IMG/VR virus record: IMGVR_UViG_3300028591_000071
Reading direction: 5' to 3' (one strand)
Length of the DNA: 64,000 nucleotides
Origin: a virus
Lineage: Duplodnaviria > Caudoviricetes
Shown: positions 32,108 through 42,738 of the stretch, in pieces
Position numbering within the stretch: position 1 is the stretch's first letter
Layout: the number at the start of each line of letters is the position of its first letter
Notes under the pieces: model-generated
Seen by the model: only the letters and a program-made list of their open reading frames with translations
Database searches by the model: none
Told to the model about the DNA's origin: nothing
Position numbers and translations under genes: made by a program

Positions 32108-32938
32108 CTAAAACGGAAGGTCATCAATTGCCGGCTCGTTTGACTGAATCGACTCGGGTTGATGGGCTGTCTCTGTAACCGCCTGTTTTTTATCGCCCTC
32201 TCCATAAAGGTATTTCCTTGCCATATCCTGTGCTTCCCTGTTGAAAAAATCCACCTGTTCAACCATCCAATCAAGGTATCCGGTCGGCTCGACCTCTTTC
32301 AGGGTCTTTCCCTTATGCTTTCCGAATGTGAGCACATACTCCGCGGGGTTAACCTCTTCCTTGACAATTTCCACATCTTCAGTAGGACGGAAATTGAAAC
32401 TGAGAATATCCTTCCTGCTTGCGATGTAGTCTGCGGCCTGAAGGCATTTGTCAAATTCCGTTTCTGGAACTGGAAGCCCGTCCTTACCTCCCCACTTCCC
32501 CATATGGGAGCGAACGGCGTGTGCCATTACATACAACTCTTCTTCAGTAAAGGCATCAGGAACTTCCTTAGCAATCCTCATCAAATAATCGGCGGCGAGA
32601 ATTGGGTGCTCGATAACAGTGTGCTTACCAACTCCGTCTCCCTGTTTCTTGATGTCATGTGCCAAAGCGGACACAATCATCATGTCCCTCTGCCGTGCGT
32701 TGAAATTAAACGATTCAGATATGCACTCTCCATAATAAACGACACATCTTGTATGTCTGACTAATCCACCGTCTCCAAGGTCAAACGACGGGTGGTACTT
32801 TCCGCTTGAAGATGCGGGCACGATGAAGAAATAATCGTCGGCCTCCTCTATCATCTTCTTTGCGAATTCCCGAATCTTGTTATCGCTAATGTCTGAAAGT
32901 TCATTAGCAAAGAACTTAACTTTATCTTCCTTATTCAT
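32108..32938 (-). CDS. HD-domain hydrolase (YhaM-like) with C-terminal FGKHKG domain
   Basis: PASSSGKYH, GGLVRHT, AHDI.K, HMG, ADY. Confidence 0.8.
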   Translation of the reverse strand: MNKEDKVKFFANELSDISDNKIREFAKKMIEEADDYFFIVPASSSGKYHPSFDLGDGGLVRHTRCVVYYGECISESFNFNARQRDMMIVSALAHDIKKQGDGVGKHTVIEHPILAADYLMRIAKEVPDAFTEEELYVMAHAVRSHMGKWGGKDGLPVPETEFDKCLQAADYIASRKDILSFNFRPTEDVEIVKEEVNPAEYVLTFGKHKGKTLKEVEPTGYLDWMVEQVDFFNREAQDMARKYLYGEGDKKQAVTETAHQPESIQSNEPAIDDLPF

Positions 32939-33069
32939 AGTACTGCAAATATACAAAATAAAAATCATAAAACAAAAATGGCTCCGAACAATCGAAGCCA
33001 TAAAACCCACTGAAGTCCTTGCAAAGAAAGGATGTTTTTGAAAGTCCTCATTATAATCAATAATAGTCT

Positions 33070-33480
33070 TTGCTGCCACCGCCCTATCTCCCACCAAGTC
33101 CCATGCTCAGCTCTGCACAGAAAAGTCACTGTAACTCTATGGTTTAGTTCTACCTTCCGTTGTTACTCTTCCACTCAGCACCACGATGGCTCGGTGGTTT
33201 ATCCATACTCGTATGGAAGTACGCTGAATGCTTCGCAACGGACCCTCAAATGCTCCGGCATCCGCCCCTAAACAGCATTGGGGCCTTTCGCTCCGGTCAC
33301 GCATCAGCCCACATACCTCATTCGCAGTAATAGGGCCCGGTTGGATAACTCCTCCGAATAGGATTGTGCAAGACCTTTCAACCTTACAAGCACCTTGCTA
33401 AGTACGGTGCAATTCGTTACGGCCAGTAACCCACGGCCAACTCCGTGGACCATGTCTTAAAGGCAGGCATGGAGACTTCT
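33070..33480 (-). ncRNA. candidate large structured ncRNA
   Basis: GC-richer non-coding block with hairpins, downstream of a -7 promoter (33745) and boxA-like GTTCTTTGAT (33731). Confidence 0.4.
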
Positions 33481-33779
33481 CTTTAATAAAACAAAAAACT
33501 ATGTTGCAAAAAACTTATTCCACACACGGATTTCTTATACTACGCGACGATTTTGCCCGTGTGGATAAAAATACGGCACTTAGGTCGTTCTTCCACTCTT
33601 ACTGTTGAAATCAGCCCGTATCTTTACTAATCGAGAAAAAGTGCCTTAATTCCCCCGGTAATGTACAAAAACATGAAACGAATTTTTCATTACCCATTTT
33701 GGGTTTAATCCCTCAACTTAGTTTTGTTTATCAAAGAACTATTGCAAATATACATCTTATTTTTCAGAAAAACAAATTT

Positions 33780-34511
33780 CTATTCGAAAAAGTTTCTTGT
33801 CTCCTCATTATAAGATATCTTAAGGATTGAATACGTAGGACGATAATCCTCGTTAATATACGACACATTGGCAGCATAAGTATCGCCAATCTTCTGAACG
33901 TCGTGGTTTCCGCTGTGGAAATGACCACTGACAAACAACTTCGGATGAACTCGCTCGATGTGCTTTGCAAGAATCTTATTCCCGGTCGTATCGTTCTTCC
34001 ACGCACCTTCGAGGATTGCCCCAATCTTTCCGATATTAGGACTATCATGAGATACAAGAATGTCAACTCCTTCGGGAATCTGCGAAAATTTCTTGTCAAG
34101 AGCCTCGTCGTTTAGCATAAATGCCCAATGGCCGAATATTGAACAATATGGTGTTCCGAAAATTGTCAGGCTATCAAGACCATCACTAACAGGGTACTCA
34201 AATTCATAGATGTCATGGCGGAGGAACTTAAGACGGTCATCACAAGCGGCTTCAAATTCTTTTATCTGTTCATGGTTAATTCGCTCTAACGCGAAATCGT
34301 GGTTTCCGGGAACAAGAATCACCTTACTCCATGGATGTGCAAAAGGAAGTGATTTTACCCACTCAACAAAATCATTCATTAACCATTCAATTTGAAATGC
34401 ATAATAGTGACTATGCGCCGGAACAATATCGCCGGCAATTAGCATCAAATCAAATGGCTCTTCAATCAACGGTAAATTTCCGTGTAAATCAGACGTCGCT
34501 AATATTTTCAT
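33780..34511 (-). CDS. metallophosphoesterase
   Basis: SDLHG, AGDI, GNHD, SH, GHFH. Confidence 0.88.
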   Translation of the reverse strand: MKILATSDLHGNLPLIEEPFDLMLIAGDIVPAHSHYYAFQIEWLMNDFVEWVKSLPFAHPWSKVILVPGNHDFALERINHEQIKEFEAACDDRLKFLRHDIYEFEYPVSDGLDSLTIFGTPYCSIFGHWAFMLNDEALDKKFSQIPEGVDILVSHDSPNIGKIGAILEGAWKNDTTGNKILAKHIERVHPKLFVSGHFHSGNHDVQKIGDTYAANVSYINEDYRPTYSILKISYNEETRNFFE

Positions 34512-35467
34512 AATACTTCTTTCAATGGTTCGTTAAATGTTGCCAATTGGTCTTCAAAAAAGAAAACAAGGTCTTTCTTGTCAATCGGCAAATGCTTCCA
34601 AATCTTATAAATCTGAGGATAAAAAGTTGTGGATGCCTTTTTGAGAACTTCTTCCCGTGTGAACATATTCTTCTTCACATATGCGTCTACCTTATTACCG
34701 TTCGCATTGACGATTTTAAGGCCTTTAACAACGATATTTTCAACCCTTACATCAATTCCGAGGCGACTTTTTATTTCTTCTTCCATTTTCTTTCCCTCGT
34801 CTTTAGTCAGGAAATCATATGGAGTCCTTTGCTTGAACACGATTTCGTCGCTATTCATCGAATACAGGTCATAAAAGTGGCTTTCAAATACATTGCGAAC
34901 CATTTTATAAATTTCGCCCATAATATGCTTTTCAACCTTGATGGTTCTTCCCGGATTCATCTTCCCGAAGATTACTTGACGAAGATACTTTGAATTGATG
35001 ATATAATCATCTCCGCCGTACTTACTGATAAACGAATTGTAAGTATCATCGTCGATAACACCAGCATACTTCAACGCCTGAAAATTGGCTTTTTTCATGT
35101 CGATTGAGACAAACCCATTTCCGTCGCACTCGTCGTTGTAGATGCTATGCTCTCCAATCTTCGGAACAGACGGGTCAATGTCCCACTTAAACATATCACA
35201 TGTATTGAACTCCTTGTATGCTTCTGTATTCATAACGCCAAATATGGCAGCATCGCGGACATCGGCACAATCGTCAAGCCAAAGTTGCACATTTCCGTCA
35301 TACTCCTTCTCAATCTTCTCACACAGATTTTCCCACCTTTCCTTAGGGAAGAAATCATACAACTCGGAATAATAGGAGAACATCTCCTCGTTAAACACAT
35401 TAATAGGGAGATTATAATCCTTGCAGAATCTCTGCATCAATTTCTTGTTTTCTCTAATATTGCCCAT
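34508..35467 (-). CDS. hypothetical protein with polymerase-palm-like acidic motifs
   Basis: SIDMKKANF and NSDEIV. Confidence 0.5.
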   Translation of the reverse strand: MGNIRENKKLMQRFCKDYNLPINVFNEEMFSYYSELYDFFPKERWENLCEKIEKEYDGNVQLWLDDCADVRDAAIFGVMNTEAYKEFNTCDMFKWDIDPSVPKIGEHSIYNDECDGNGFVSIDMKKANFQALKYAGVIDDDTYNSFISKYGGDDYIINSKYLRQVIFGKMNPGRTIKVEKHIMGEIYKMVRNVFESHFYDLYSMNSDEIVFKQRTPYDFLTKDEGKKMEEEIKSRLGIDVRVENIVVKGLKIVNANGNKVDAYVKKNMFTREEVLKKASTTFYPQIYKIWKHLPIDKKDLVFFFEDQLATFNEPLKEVL

Positions 35468-36083
35468 TGAAAAGTCTTCTTAAACGGTTGTTGTATTCGA
35501 TTGCTTCTGTTTCGTCAGAAGCGTGGAAAAGCCCACACCTGCCGATGATATAATGATTCTCAAACTCCTCTTCGGTCATCTTTTCAATACTATAATCAAG
35601 GTATGAGATTTCTTCTACATAGCCACTTTCGCGCTCGTTGGTAAATACATATGCCTTATAATTTCCGTCCTTCACTTTTTTGAACTCGTAACACAAGGAA
35701 TACAACTTATAATCCTTGTTATGCATGCCCGTAATGGTAATGAAGAGCGGAACTCCGTCGGAAAACATCTTCTCCATCTTCTCTTTGTTCTCCGTGGCCC
35801 TTTCCCAATATGCGTCAACCTCGGCATTCGTTTTTTTATCCAATTCAAGTATTTCATTGTACTTGTCCCGAAGTTCGTCATTTGTGAGGTATTTTCGGTC
35901 ATGCCATGAAAAGGCCATGCTATCAATATACCACGCCTTGTTCCAAACAAACCTACTATCTACAAGTTCTTCACTCAGTTCTTCGGCGTGTTTGAAAACC
36001 TTTTTCTTACACTCACTGAGAGCATCGTCAATAAGGGAAATGAGGCGTTCTCTTTCCTTTTGTTCTTTTCTTTTCCTAAACAT
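35454..36083 (-). CDS. hypothetical protein
   Basis: ATG after a -7 box. Confidence 0.6.
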   Translation of the reverse strand: MFRKRKEQKERERLISLIDDALSECKKKVFKHAEELSEELVDSRFVWNKAWYIDSMAFSWHDRKYLTNDELRDKYNEILELDKKTNAEVDAYWERATENKEKMEKMFSDGVPLFITITGMHNKDYKLYSLCYEFKKVKDGNYKAYVFTNERESGYVEEISYLDYSIEKMTEEEFENHYIIGRCGLFHASDETEAIEYNNRLRRLFNGQY

Positions 36084-36223
36084 AACACTGCAAATATACA
36101 AAGAATAATCCGATAAACAAAACCGGCGACTAATTGCAAGCAGCAAACTATTTATCGAAGAATAGATGGTCCTCTTTCAATATGGGAGAGGTACTGATAT
36201 ATAATGATGTAATTTTTGAGATA

Positions 36224-37843
36224 ATGGCATATATCGATATTACGCAATACTTTCTCGACCACGGCTTAAGTACATATTACCAACACCTCGCAGGTGAACC
36301 TGTTGTAGAGATATATAATAAAGACCGTTCCGATTATGGATTTATATCATCCGGATATGACGGAACGAACTATATCGCATCCAGTAACAGGGGATTGGGA
36401 AGCACCGTCGCCACGATGAAACTAACCGTGAGATTTACAGGATACCCAATTACGAACAATGTGTCCACCGCTTCCGGATTAAATATTAGGATAACCTACA
36501 TATCCAATGGCGAGGATAACTATGACTATGCCCTTTTCTCTAAAAGCGGACTTACCGAGTACGATTTTCCAGCATCAGTCGAATATAATGACCCTAACGT
36601 TTATAAAAGCGCATATGGGGAGTCATCAGATGAAGAACAAACGTTATATTATTACATCCCGAACAATGGTGACCAAACCGATATATTCATAAACTACAGA
36701 AAGGATAGTAGCGTTGACCATGGATTGGACCGACTATACATGAGAATAGCGATTGAAGCAACGAAAGACCATTCGGGCTATTACTTTATTGGGGAAAAAT
36801 ATAGATTTCATGGATATAAGACTAAATATTATAATTACGCTCATCCAGAAGACTATAACCTAAGGCCTGCAGACGCTGATTGCTATGTGCACATAACATC
36901 AGGATGGCCGGCATTGGACAGTGGGATTCAATCAGGAATAACAAATGATGGACTTTCTTTATATGTTTGGTCAAGCGGATATACGACTGGCGTTCCGACT
37001 AATGTGGTAATGGAAATCGGGGCTCGTGGGCATATAAGTGCTACAACAATAGAATGCCCAGATTTCGTCTCAGGCACTACGGCATGGGATGTGCGTACTA
37101 ATATAAATTCCAGCTTTGATATTAATTATAGCCACTTTTATTTAATGCAATTCCTGTGGAAATTCGTCATGTGGGGCGGAAATGATGTTAGTGATTGGGG
37201 AAACCGATGGTCTCACGTTACCTTTAAGATAAGTGACGAAGATGGGAACTTTGTGTCAGGAAAAACAGGGTTATATGGTCTATCGTTTGTATTCTCATCG
37301 GCGATTACATCTGACATTTCAGGTAAAACGGTAACGTGGTCAAGACCAGGAGGAATATCTTCATCAGCCACAATTGAATGGCTTCCTTATGGGGAAGAAT
37401 ATGTCTATTATTGGTCGAGTTCATCGTATATTCACGGACTTCAGAGACAAGCATCCGTAGGAAATAGGAGCCTTGCCATGTATAGCGGAAATGGCGTTTC
37501 CGTTCATATGAATCCACCAAAAAATAGCGGACAGATTGCTACATGGAAATTCATCAAAGAAGAAATTGGTGCGGACGACAAATGGGGCTACTACGGTCAG
37601 ACATCGGCTTCCACCGCATATAGTGAGACAATTCGATGGTATAATACAACAATTAATAGTTATTTTACTTTTGATAAGAGCGGAAATTACCCATTATCCA
37701 ACAATAATGAACTGCTTTGTTTGGGATATGTAATGTCTTTCTCCGGCGCATCCGATGCATCTGATGTTTACTTTTTCGATGGTTTGTCTGCCGAGACTTC
37801 TTATAACATATGGACAGGCAATACGGGTTGCACCGAATCTTAA
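36224..37843 (+). CDS. putative virion protein (S/G/T/Y-rich)
   Basis: late motif upstream; SG-rich composition like the fibre; start uncertain. Confidence 0.55.
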   Translation: MAYIDITQYFLDHGLSTYYQHLAGEPVVEIYNKDRSDYGFISSGYDGTNYIASSNRGLGSTVATMKLTVRFTGYPITNNVSTASGLNIRITYISNGEDNYDYALFSKSGLTEYDFPASVEYNDPNVYKSAYGESSDEEQTLYYYIPNNGDQTDIFINYRKDSSVDHGLDRLYMRIAIEATKDHSGYYFIGEKYRFHGYKTKYYNYAHPEDYNLRPADADCYVHITSGWPALDSGIQSGITNDGLSLYVWSSGYTTGVPTNVVMEIGARGHISATTIECPDFVSGTTAWDVRTNINSSFDINYSHFYLMQFLWKFVMWGGNDVSDWGNRWSHVTFKISDEDGNFVSGKTGLYGLSFVFSSAITSDISGKTVTWSRPGGISSSATIEWLPYGEEYVYYWSSSSYIHGLQRQASVGNRSLAMYSGNGVSVHMNPPKNSGQIATWKFIKEEIGADDKWGYYGQTSASTAYSETIRWYNTTINSYFTFDKSGNYPLSNNNELLCLGYVMSFSGASDASDVYFFDGLSAETSYNIWTGNTGCTES

Positions 37844-37874
37844 ACCCACAAATCTCAAAGATAAATAAACGAAG

Positions 37875-37902
37875 AAACGCATCCTATTCGGGTGCGTTTT
37901 TC
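37875..37902. terminator. bidirectional terminator
   Basis: AAACGCATCC..GGGTGCGTTTTT between convergent genes. Confidence 0.6.
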
Positions 37903-38198
37903 TTTGCTTTTCGCTCAAGATATTTGTCAAGTGCCTTCAGGCAGACGTCCCTGTATTTCTTCGCCATCTTCATTGCTTCTTTCACCTGTTCAGCCGATTC
38001 CTGAACATAGTAATGACGGGAACATGACGGGTCTTCTACATATGCAACTATACACCCGTTTTCACTCTCTCCGTTAAGCGGATAGATTTCACCTATCTTC
38101 CTTACATCAAACTGACTCTCCATATCAAAATTCTCAACATGGAGGTAAATGGTCGGGACGATATTCATCCCTATCTCAATTCCGCAATTCTCACTCAT
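37884..38198 (-). CDS. hypothetical protein
   Basis: ATGA-coupled start. Confidence 0.5.
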   Translation of the reverse strand: MSENCGIEIGMNIVPTIYLHVENFDMESQFDVRKIGEIYPLNGESENGCIVAYVEDPSCSRHYYVQESAEQVKEAMKMAKKYRDVCLKALDKYLERKAKKNAPE

Positions 38199-38422
38199 AA
38201 CAGCTTTCCAATAAGACCGATAAGGAATACCAAGAAGAAAACAGCCAAAAAGAGAATCGCGGGCATCCACAGCGGGGCCGTAACCCACCACCAAGACCAC
38301 GATGCCACCGCACCGACTCCTGCTAATTTCAACACAAGGAAGATTACGAACAGCAACCCCAAAAGACTGTTGCTCACGGAATAAGTTACGATTCCGTCAT
38401 TTCTCTTAAACTTAACTATCAT
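38195..38422 (-). CDS. small phage membrane protein (WSWWWV.APLW)
   Basis: motif common in phage membrane proteins. Confidence 0.7.
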   Translation of the reverse strand: MIVKFKRNDGIVTYSVSNSLLGLLFVIFLVLKLAGVGAVASWSWWWVTAPLWMPAILFLAVFFLVFLIGLIGKLL

Positions 38423-40428
38423 ATCCCATACTTGTTATAAAAATCATGTTCTTCAATAATCTCAATCCCAAGTTCCTTTGCCTTGGCCACCTTTGAACCG
38501 CCCGGCTTCGCTCCCGTGATAAGGAAATTCAGTTTCCCGTTGACCCCGTGAATGCATTTCGCCCCATTGCCCTCAAGGAACTCTTCCACCGCATCACCCT
38601 TGAACCTGTCAGAAGAACCCGTGAAACACACATTGAGCCCGCTCAGGGCCGTTCCTTTCTCTTCTTCGGCTGTAACCCCCGAGCCCATATCAAGCCCATA
38701 ATTGTCCAACGCAAAACAAAGTTCCCTGTTTGGCGAATATTCGAACCACGAATGAATGCCGTGCGCCATAACCTGTCCGATTCCTTCAATCTTGGATAGG
38801 TCATCCTCCGTCGCATTAATCAAGTCCTCACAACTATATTTCTTTGCAAGCGTCCTCGCCACCACTTTTCCTACGCCAGGAATGGACAAGCCCGCAAGAA
38901 CCCTCTCCCAAGGCTGCCGCTTGCTCTTTTCGATTTCGTCAAGCATCTTTTCAACCTTCTTCTTTCCGTATCCGGACCCAAGTGCGTTCATTATCTCATC
39001 AACTCCGCGGTTTTTCAGCGAATAGATAAGGCTGACATCCGACACCCCAAGTTTTCCATATAAATCATTGGCAACCGCCTCGCCAATCGAACGGATATCC
39101 ATACAATCCTTCGAACAGAACTGTATGAGACGGCCCCTGATAGATGCGGGACAGGATGGATTCACGCACTTCACCAAGGCCCCTTCCTTGACCGCCACGC
39201 CGCCGCACTCCGGACAGAAATATGGCTCGATGGCCGGATTATTCCCGTCACCGTCGTTTTTCGTCCCCAACACATATGGAATGACGCCCCCGCTCCTTGT
39301 AATCCTTAACGTATCGCCGACACAGATACCAAGGCCCTTGATGAAGTCGATGTTGTTCAGGGTTACGTTGCTGATGACGACACCACCGCACTCGACGGGC
39401 TCGAGCCTTCCCACCGGTGTCAAAACACCCGTCCTTCCGACCTGCCAATCGATGCCCTTCAGTCTCGTCTCTACGATATACTCCTCATTCCACTTCCTCG
39501 CAATTGCCCACTCAATGGCCCTCGTGTCCTTCGTCCCAATCTCATCCTGAATATCAACCCTGTCCACCTTTACGACAATCCCGTCATAATCGAAATCAAC
39601 TACATCATTGTCAGCAAGATGGTGTTTCATCTCTCCGACCCGGCGCATAACCTGTTCCTTCCCCTTAGCTGTAACGGGCTCGGTAAACGGCTCATAATAA
39701 AACCCGCAAAGTTCCAAGACTTCGGTTTTCCTTTCCATATTCCATAACCCCACGTCGCCGAAGCAATCCCAAGCCCTGAAGATAAGCCCACGCTTTGCCG
39801 TAACCTTCGGGTCAAGTTGCTTGATGGAGCCGCTGCAGGCGTTCCTCGTATTGGAAAAAGGCGTTTCTCCGTTTGCTGCTCGTTCATCATTGATAGCCGC
39901 AAGCCTTGATTTCGGAAGGAGGATTTCACCGCGGACATAGAAATGGTGTAAATTGTGCCTGTTGTCAGCGAGAACCATAGGGATGGTCTTGATGGTCTTC
40001 ACGTTCTCGGTGATGTCATCCCCAACCATCTTATCCCCACGGGTAAGTGCCTGAACAAACACCCCGTCAACATAATGCAACTCACAGGAGATACCGTCAT
40101 ATTTCACGGATACGTTGAATTCCGTGACCCCGTACTCCTTTTCCATCTTGTCAACCCACTTCTCAAGGCCATCGTCATCATACACATTCTCGATAGTGTA
40201 CATCGGCTTCGGATGCGTTCCTTTCTTGAACCCGTCCTGAATATCCGACCCGACGCGGACCGTCGGGGAATTTGGGTATACCACGCCGCTCTCACCCTCC
40301 ATCGCCTGCAATTTCTTCAACAGGCCGTCAAACTCGGTATCCGTAAACTGAGACTGCTGCCCGTTATAATACTGCCTTGATGCAAGGTCCAACGCATCGG
40401 TTAGTTTTCTCTGTGACCACTTTTTCAT
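38419..40428 (-). CDS. ligA: NAD-dependent DNA ligase
   Basis: KYDG, TRGD, VRGE, DGIVVK, VGRTG, Zn finger, HhH, BRCT. Confidence 0.95.
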   Translation of the reverse strand: MKKWSQRKLTDALDLASRQYYNGQQSQFTDTEFDGLLKKLQAMEGESGVVYPNSPTVRVGSDIQDGFKKGTHPKPMYTIENVYDDDGLEKWVDKMEKEYGVTEFNVSVKYDGISCELHYVDGVFVQALTRGDKMVGDDITENVKTIKTIPMVLADNRHNLHHFYVRGEILLPKSRLAAINDERAANGETPFSNTRNACSGSIKQLDPKVTAKRGLIFRAWDCFGDVGLWNMERKTEVLELCGFYYEPFTEPVTAKGKEQVMRRVGEMKHHLADNDVVDFDYDGIVVKVDRVDIQDEIGTKDTRAIEWAIARKWNEEYIVETRLKGIDWQVGRTGVLTPVGRLEPVECGGVVISNVTLNNIDFIKGLGICVGDTLRITRSGGVIPYVLGTKNDGDGNNPAIEPYFCPECGGVAVKEGALVKCVNPSCPASIRGRLIQFCSKDCMDIRSIGEAVANDLYGKLGVSDVSLIYSLKNRGVDEIMNALGSGYGKKKVEKMLDEIEKSKRQPWERVLAGLSIPGVGKVVARTLAKKYSCEDLINATEDDLSKIEGIGQVMAHGIHSWFEYSPNRELCFALDNYGLDMGSGVTAEEEKGTALSGLNVCFTGSSDRFKGDAVEEFLEGNGAKCIHGVNGKLNFLITGAKPGGSKVAKAKELGIEIIEEHDFYNKYGI

Positions 40429-40832
40429 ACCCCCAATATACAAAATTTATGCATAAAAAACAAAAGAGCAGCATCATTTGTCTTCTTCCGACTTCTGACA
40501 CTGCTCTTGCACCATTTCTTCCAAAGCGGCTTTCAGGCATTGATATAACTCGCTGTTTATCTCGATATAGCCCATTATAAGCCCGTTTCCCTTAAATTCG
40601 CCCATAAATCAAATAATTTTGAAAACGGCCATACGATGACGACAGCAAGAAACAGGAACGGATATACAACCGCCCCCAATAATATCTTCGCTATTTTCAT
40701 CGTCGTCGCCATGGCCTTGTTATTAATCTAAAAATAACACGAACGGATTATACCCGCTCGCGTTCATTTTACATCAGTTCGGATGTAATTATGCCCTTTC
40801 GGGGCCATTTTACATCCATTCTAATTTAATTG

Positions 40833-41016
40833 TGGCTCCGAAGAGGATTCGAACCTCCATTCAGACAGTAACCTTCCGGATTGGCACTTATCCATGTGCT
40901 TATTCAATACCCAACCTTCGGCGGTTCGCGACCCCGTTACTCCTCATTGTCAGATACAACATATATCACACTTCCCTCATATCGCAAGGGCGGCTTTACC
41001 ATTTGCCTACCAAGCC
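40833..41016 (-). ncRNA. tRNA-like RNA with ~120-nt insertion replacing the anticodon arm
   Basis: acceptor, D-arm GGC AAATGGTAAA GCC and T-arm GGAGG TTCGAAT CCTCT flank the insertion. Confidence 0.55.
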
Positions 41017-41053
41017 ATATATATCTTATTGTGAAACTATTATAATCACCAAG

Positions 41054-41140
41054 CGGAGAGGAGAGGATTCGAACCTCCGGGCCCCGAAAGGGACCAACAC
41101 CTTAGCAGGGTGCCGCTTTAGACCACTCAGCCACCTCTCC
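41054..41140 (-). tRNA. tRNA-Ser(GCT)
   Basis: cloverleaf, long variable arm, G73. Confidence 0.92.
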
Positions 41141-41256
41141 GTATAAACAAACAAGTGTGCTGTAGATTAGATGGATATATTTGCCACATTCGTCCATCTA
41201 CGCCTTTTCATTACAACACCGATTAACACCTGTCGGCAAACGAGGTGACCTGTCTG

Positions 41257-41427
41257 TTATTTCATTAGAGTTTTAGGAGCATCACCCATTGTCTTGGCGT
41301 AAACCTTCTTTATAACGGGCAACTCCTTACATTCACTTGAAAATAGTTTTGCAACATTTTCTTTCACTTTTCCTTGCAATTCCTTGGGAATACCAAGGGC
41401 TTCCCATCTTTTTTCGCTTTCCGTCAT
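41257..41427 (-). CDS. 56-aa ORF resembling a major-capsid N-terminus
   Basis: RWEALG..QGKVKENVAKLF..LPVIKKVY; similar to 60793-61338. Confidence 0.4.
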   Translation of the reverse strand: MTESEKRWEALGIPKELQGKVKENVAKLFSSECKELPVIKKVYAKTMGDAPKTLMK

Positions 41428-41441
41428 AATTAAAAAATTAG

Positions 41442-41526
41442 GGGGCAGGGCGGGATTCGAACCCGCGTATGGGCTTTCGCCCCCGGAGCCACAATCCGGT
41501 ACCTGAACCTCTCGGCCACCTGACCC
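41442..41526 (-). tRNA. tRNA-His(GTG) with long variable arm
   Basis: G-1:C73, CCGGA TTGTGGC TCCGG, variable hairpin GGGC GAAA GCCC. Confidence 0.85.
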
Positions 41527-41585
41527 ATATTAGTGGGATTTTTTTTGCCACCCACAGCACGTTTCGAACCGTGCTATTACGCAGT

Positions 41586-41673
41586 TGGTGCGGTGACCGG
41601 GACTCGAACCCGGACGGGATTACTCCCACTACCCCCTCAAGGTAGCGCGGCTACCAGATTACGCCATCACCGC
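41586..41673 (-). tRNA. tRNA-Leu(GAG)
   Basis: cloverleaf, CCA encoded. Confidence 0.92.
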
Positions 41674-41700
41674 GTATTTGATTGATTATTAAATAGTTAG

Positions 41701-42066
41701 TGGAGGTGAAGCGAGTCGAACGCTTGTCTTACGAAGCAGCAAAATGCTTTCTACATGCTTAGTCCAATTTCAAATACCCATCAGGAATCTAATTGAACGA
41801 ACTTCCTGACTTCCTGAATCCCATTCTTTATGCCACCTTATTTGAATTACACCTTCAGGTGGAAGAATAATAAGGAAAATCTTCCGAAGATGTCCGCCTC
41901 CCACGCCTTGCGAGGGATTAGTTAATCACAACCTTGTTGAGATTAAGCAGCGAATGCATAGGCATAGTTGCCAATTAATTGTTCGAAGTTCTGATTAAAG
42001 TGGTTTTCTCCAATCCACTGCATGCTTACATTCCTCAATCATCGCAATCAAAACCAAAACACCCCC
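41701..42066 (-). ncRNA. ssrA: tmRNA, tag GNYAYAFAA*
   Basis: GGGGGTG/CACCTCC acceptor with G3:U70, T-arm, AAGCATG boxes, Gly-initiated tag ending AA. Confidence 0.92.
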
Positions 42067-42076
42067 ATAAATTTTG

Positions 42077-42193
42077 TCGGAACAAAAGGAATCGAACCTC
42101 TTCTAGCGGCTCCCATAGCAAAAACGAAAATTGCTGTAGATAACCTTGCCAGATTACACGATAAACGCTGTGCTACCATTACACTATATTCCG
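42077..42193 (-). ncRNA. Pro-like tRNA scaffold carrying an ACAGCAA module in the anticodon arm
   Basis: C1-G72/A73, D and T arms intact; insert ...GGTTATCTACAGCAATTT. Confidence 0.6.
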
Positions 42194-42298
42194 AAATTTC
42201 TCATCTGCGCGGGCCCCTATCCCGTTCGGCGGGGTTGCTTCGGCACAAAAGGTGTTATGACGGGGGTGTGCCGATTGTTATTCCACAGATGAGATAAG

Positions 42299-42370
42299 TT
42301 GCCGTTACCTGAATCGAACAGATATCTTCAGAGCCAGAATCTGACATAATAGCCTTTATACTAAACGGCA
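42299..42370 (-). tRNA. tRNA-Gln(CTG)
   Basis: cloverleaf. Confidence 0.88.
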
Positions 42371-42529
42371 ATAAACAGGGCCCGTCAGCAATCTTCGTAC
42401 CTCGGGCCCCGAAACTCCTTCCAACATTGGATGAGCATACCACCCTAACAACACTCCTATGGAATTACCCAATGGTCTGTCACCTATTAACTTGGTTAGA
42501 ATTTTTAAGCCCGCATTGCACTGCCGTCG

Positions 42530-42597
42530 GAAATCATTTTTCAGAGTGTATTTTGCAGATACCCATAAACTTTGTTTGAAATTTGCTGTCTGATTTC
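42530..42597 (-). ncRNA. ACAGCAA (skipping-rope-like) RNA with Cys-like loop
   Basis: GAAATCA/TGATTTC stem, GACAGCAA, GTAT CTGCAAA ATAC hairpin. Confidence 0.6.
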
Positions 42598-42659
42598 AAG
42601 ACCCAAGCAAGTTAGGTTCAGGGTTCCTGGTTTGGTGGCCGTATTGTGAACCCTTGTTG

Positions 42660-42733
42660 TGGTCGGAGTGACAAGACTCGAACCTATAATTTATCTTTCA
42701 GAGAGACATGTGTTACCATTACACCATGCCCCA
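42660..42733 (-). pseudogene. degenerate or chimeric tRNA (CTG loop, Pro-like 3' end)
   Basis: D, anticodon and T arms present; acceptor poorly paired. Confidence 0.45.
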
Positions 42734-42738
42734 AAATG

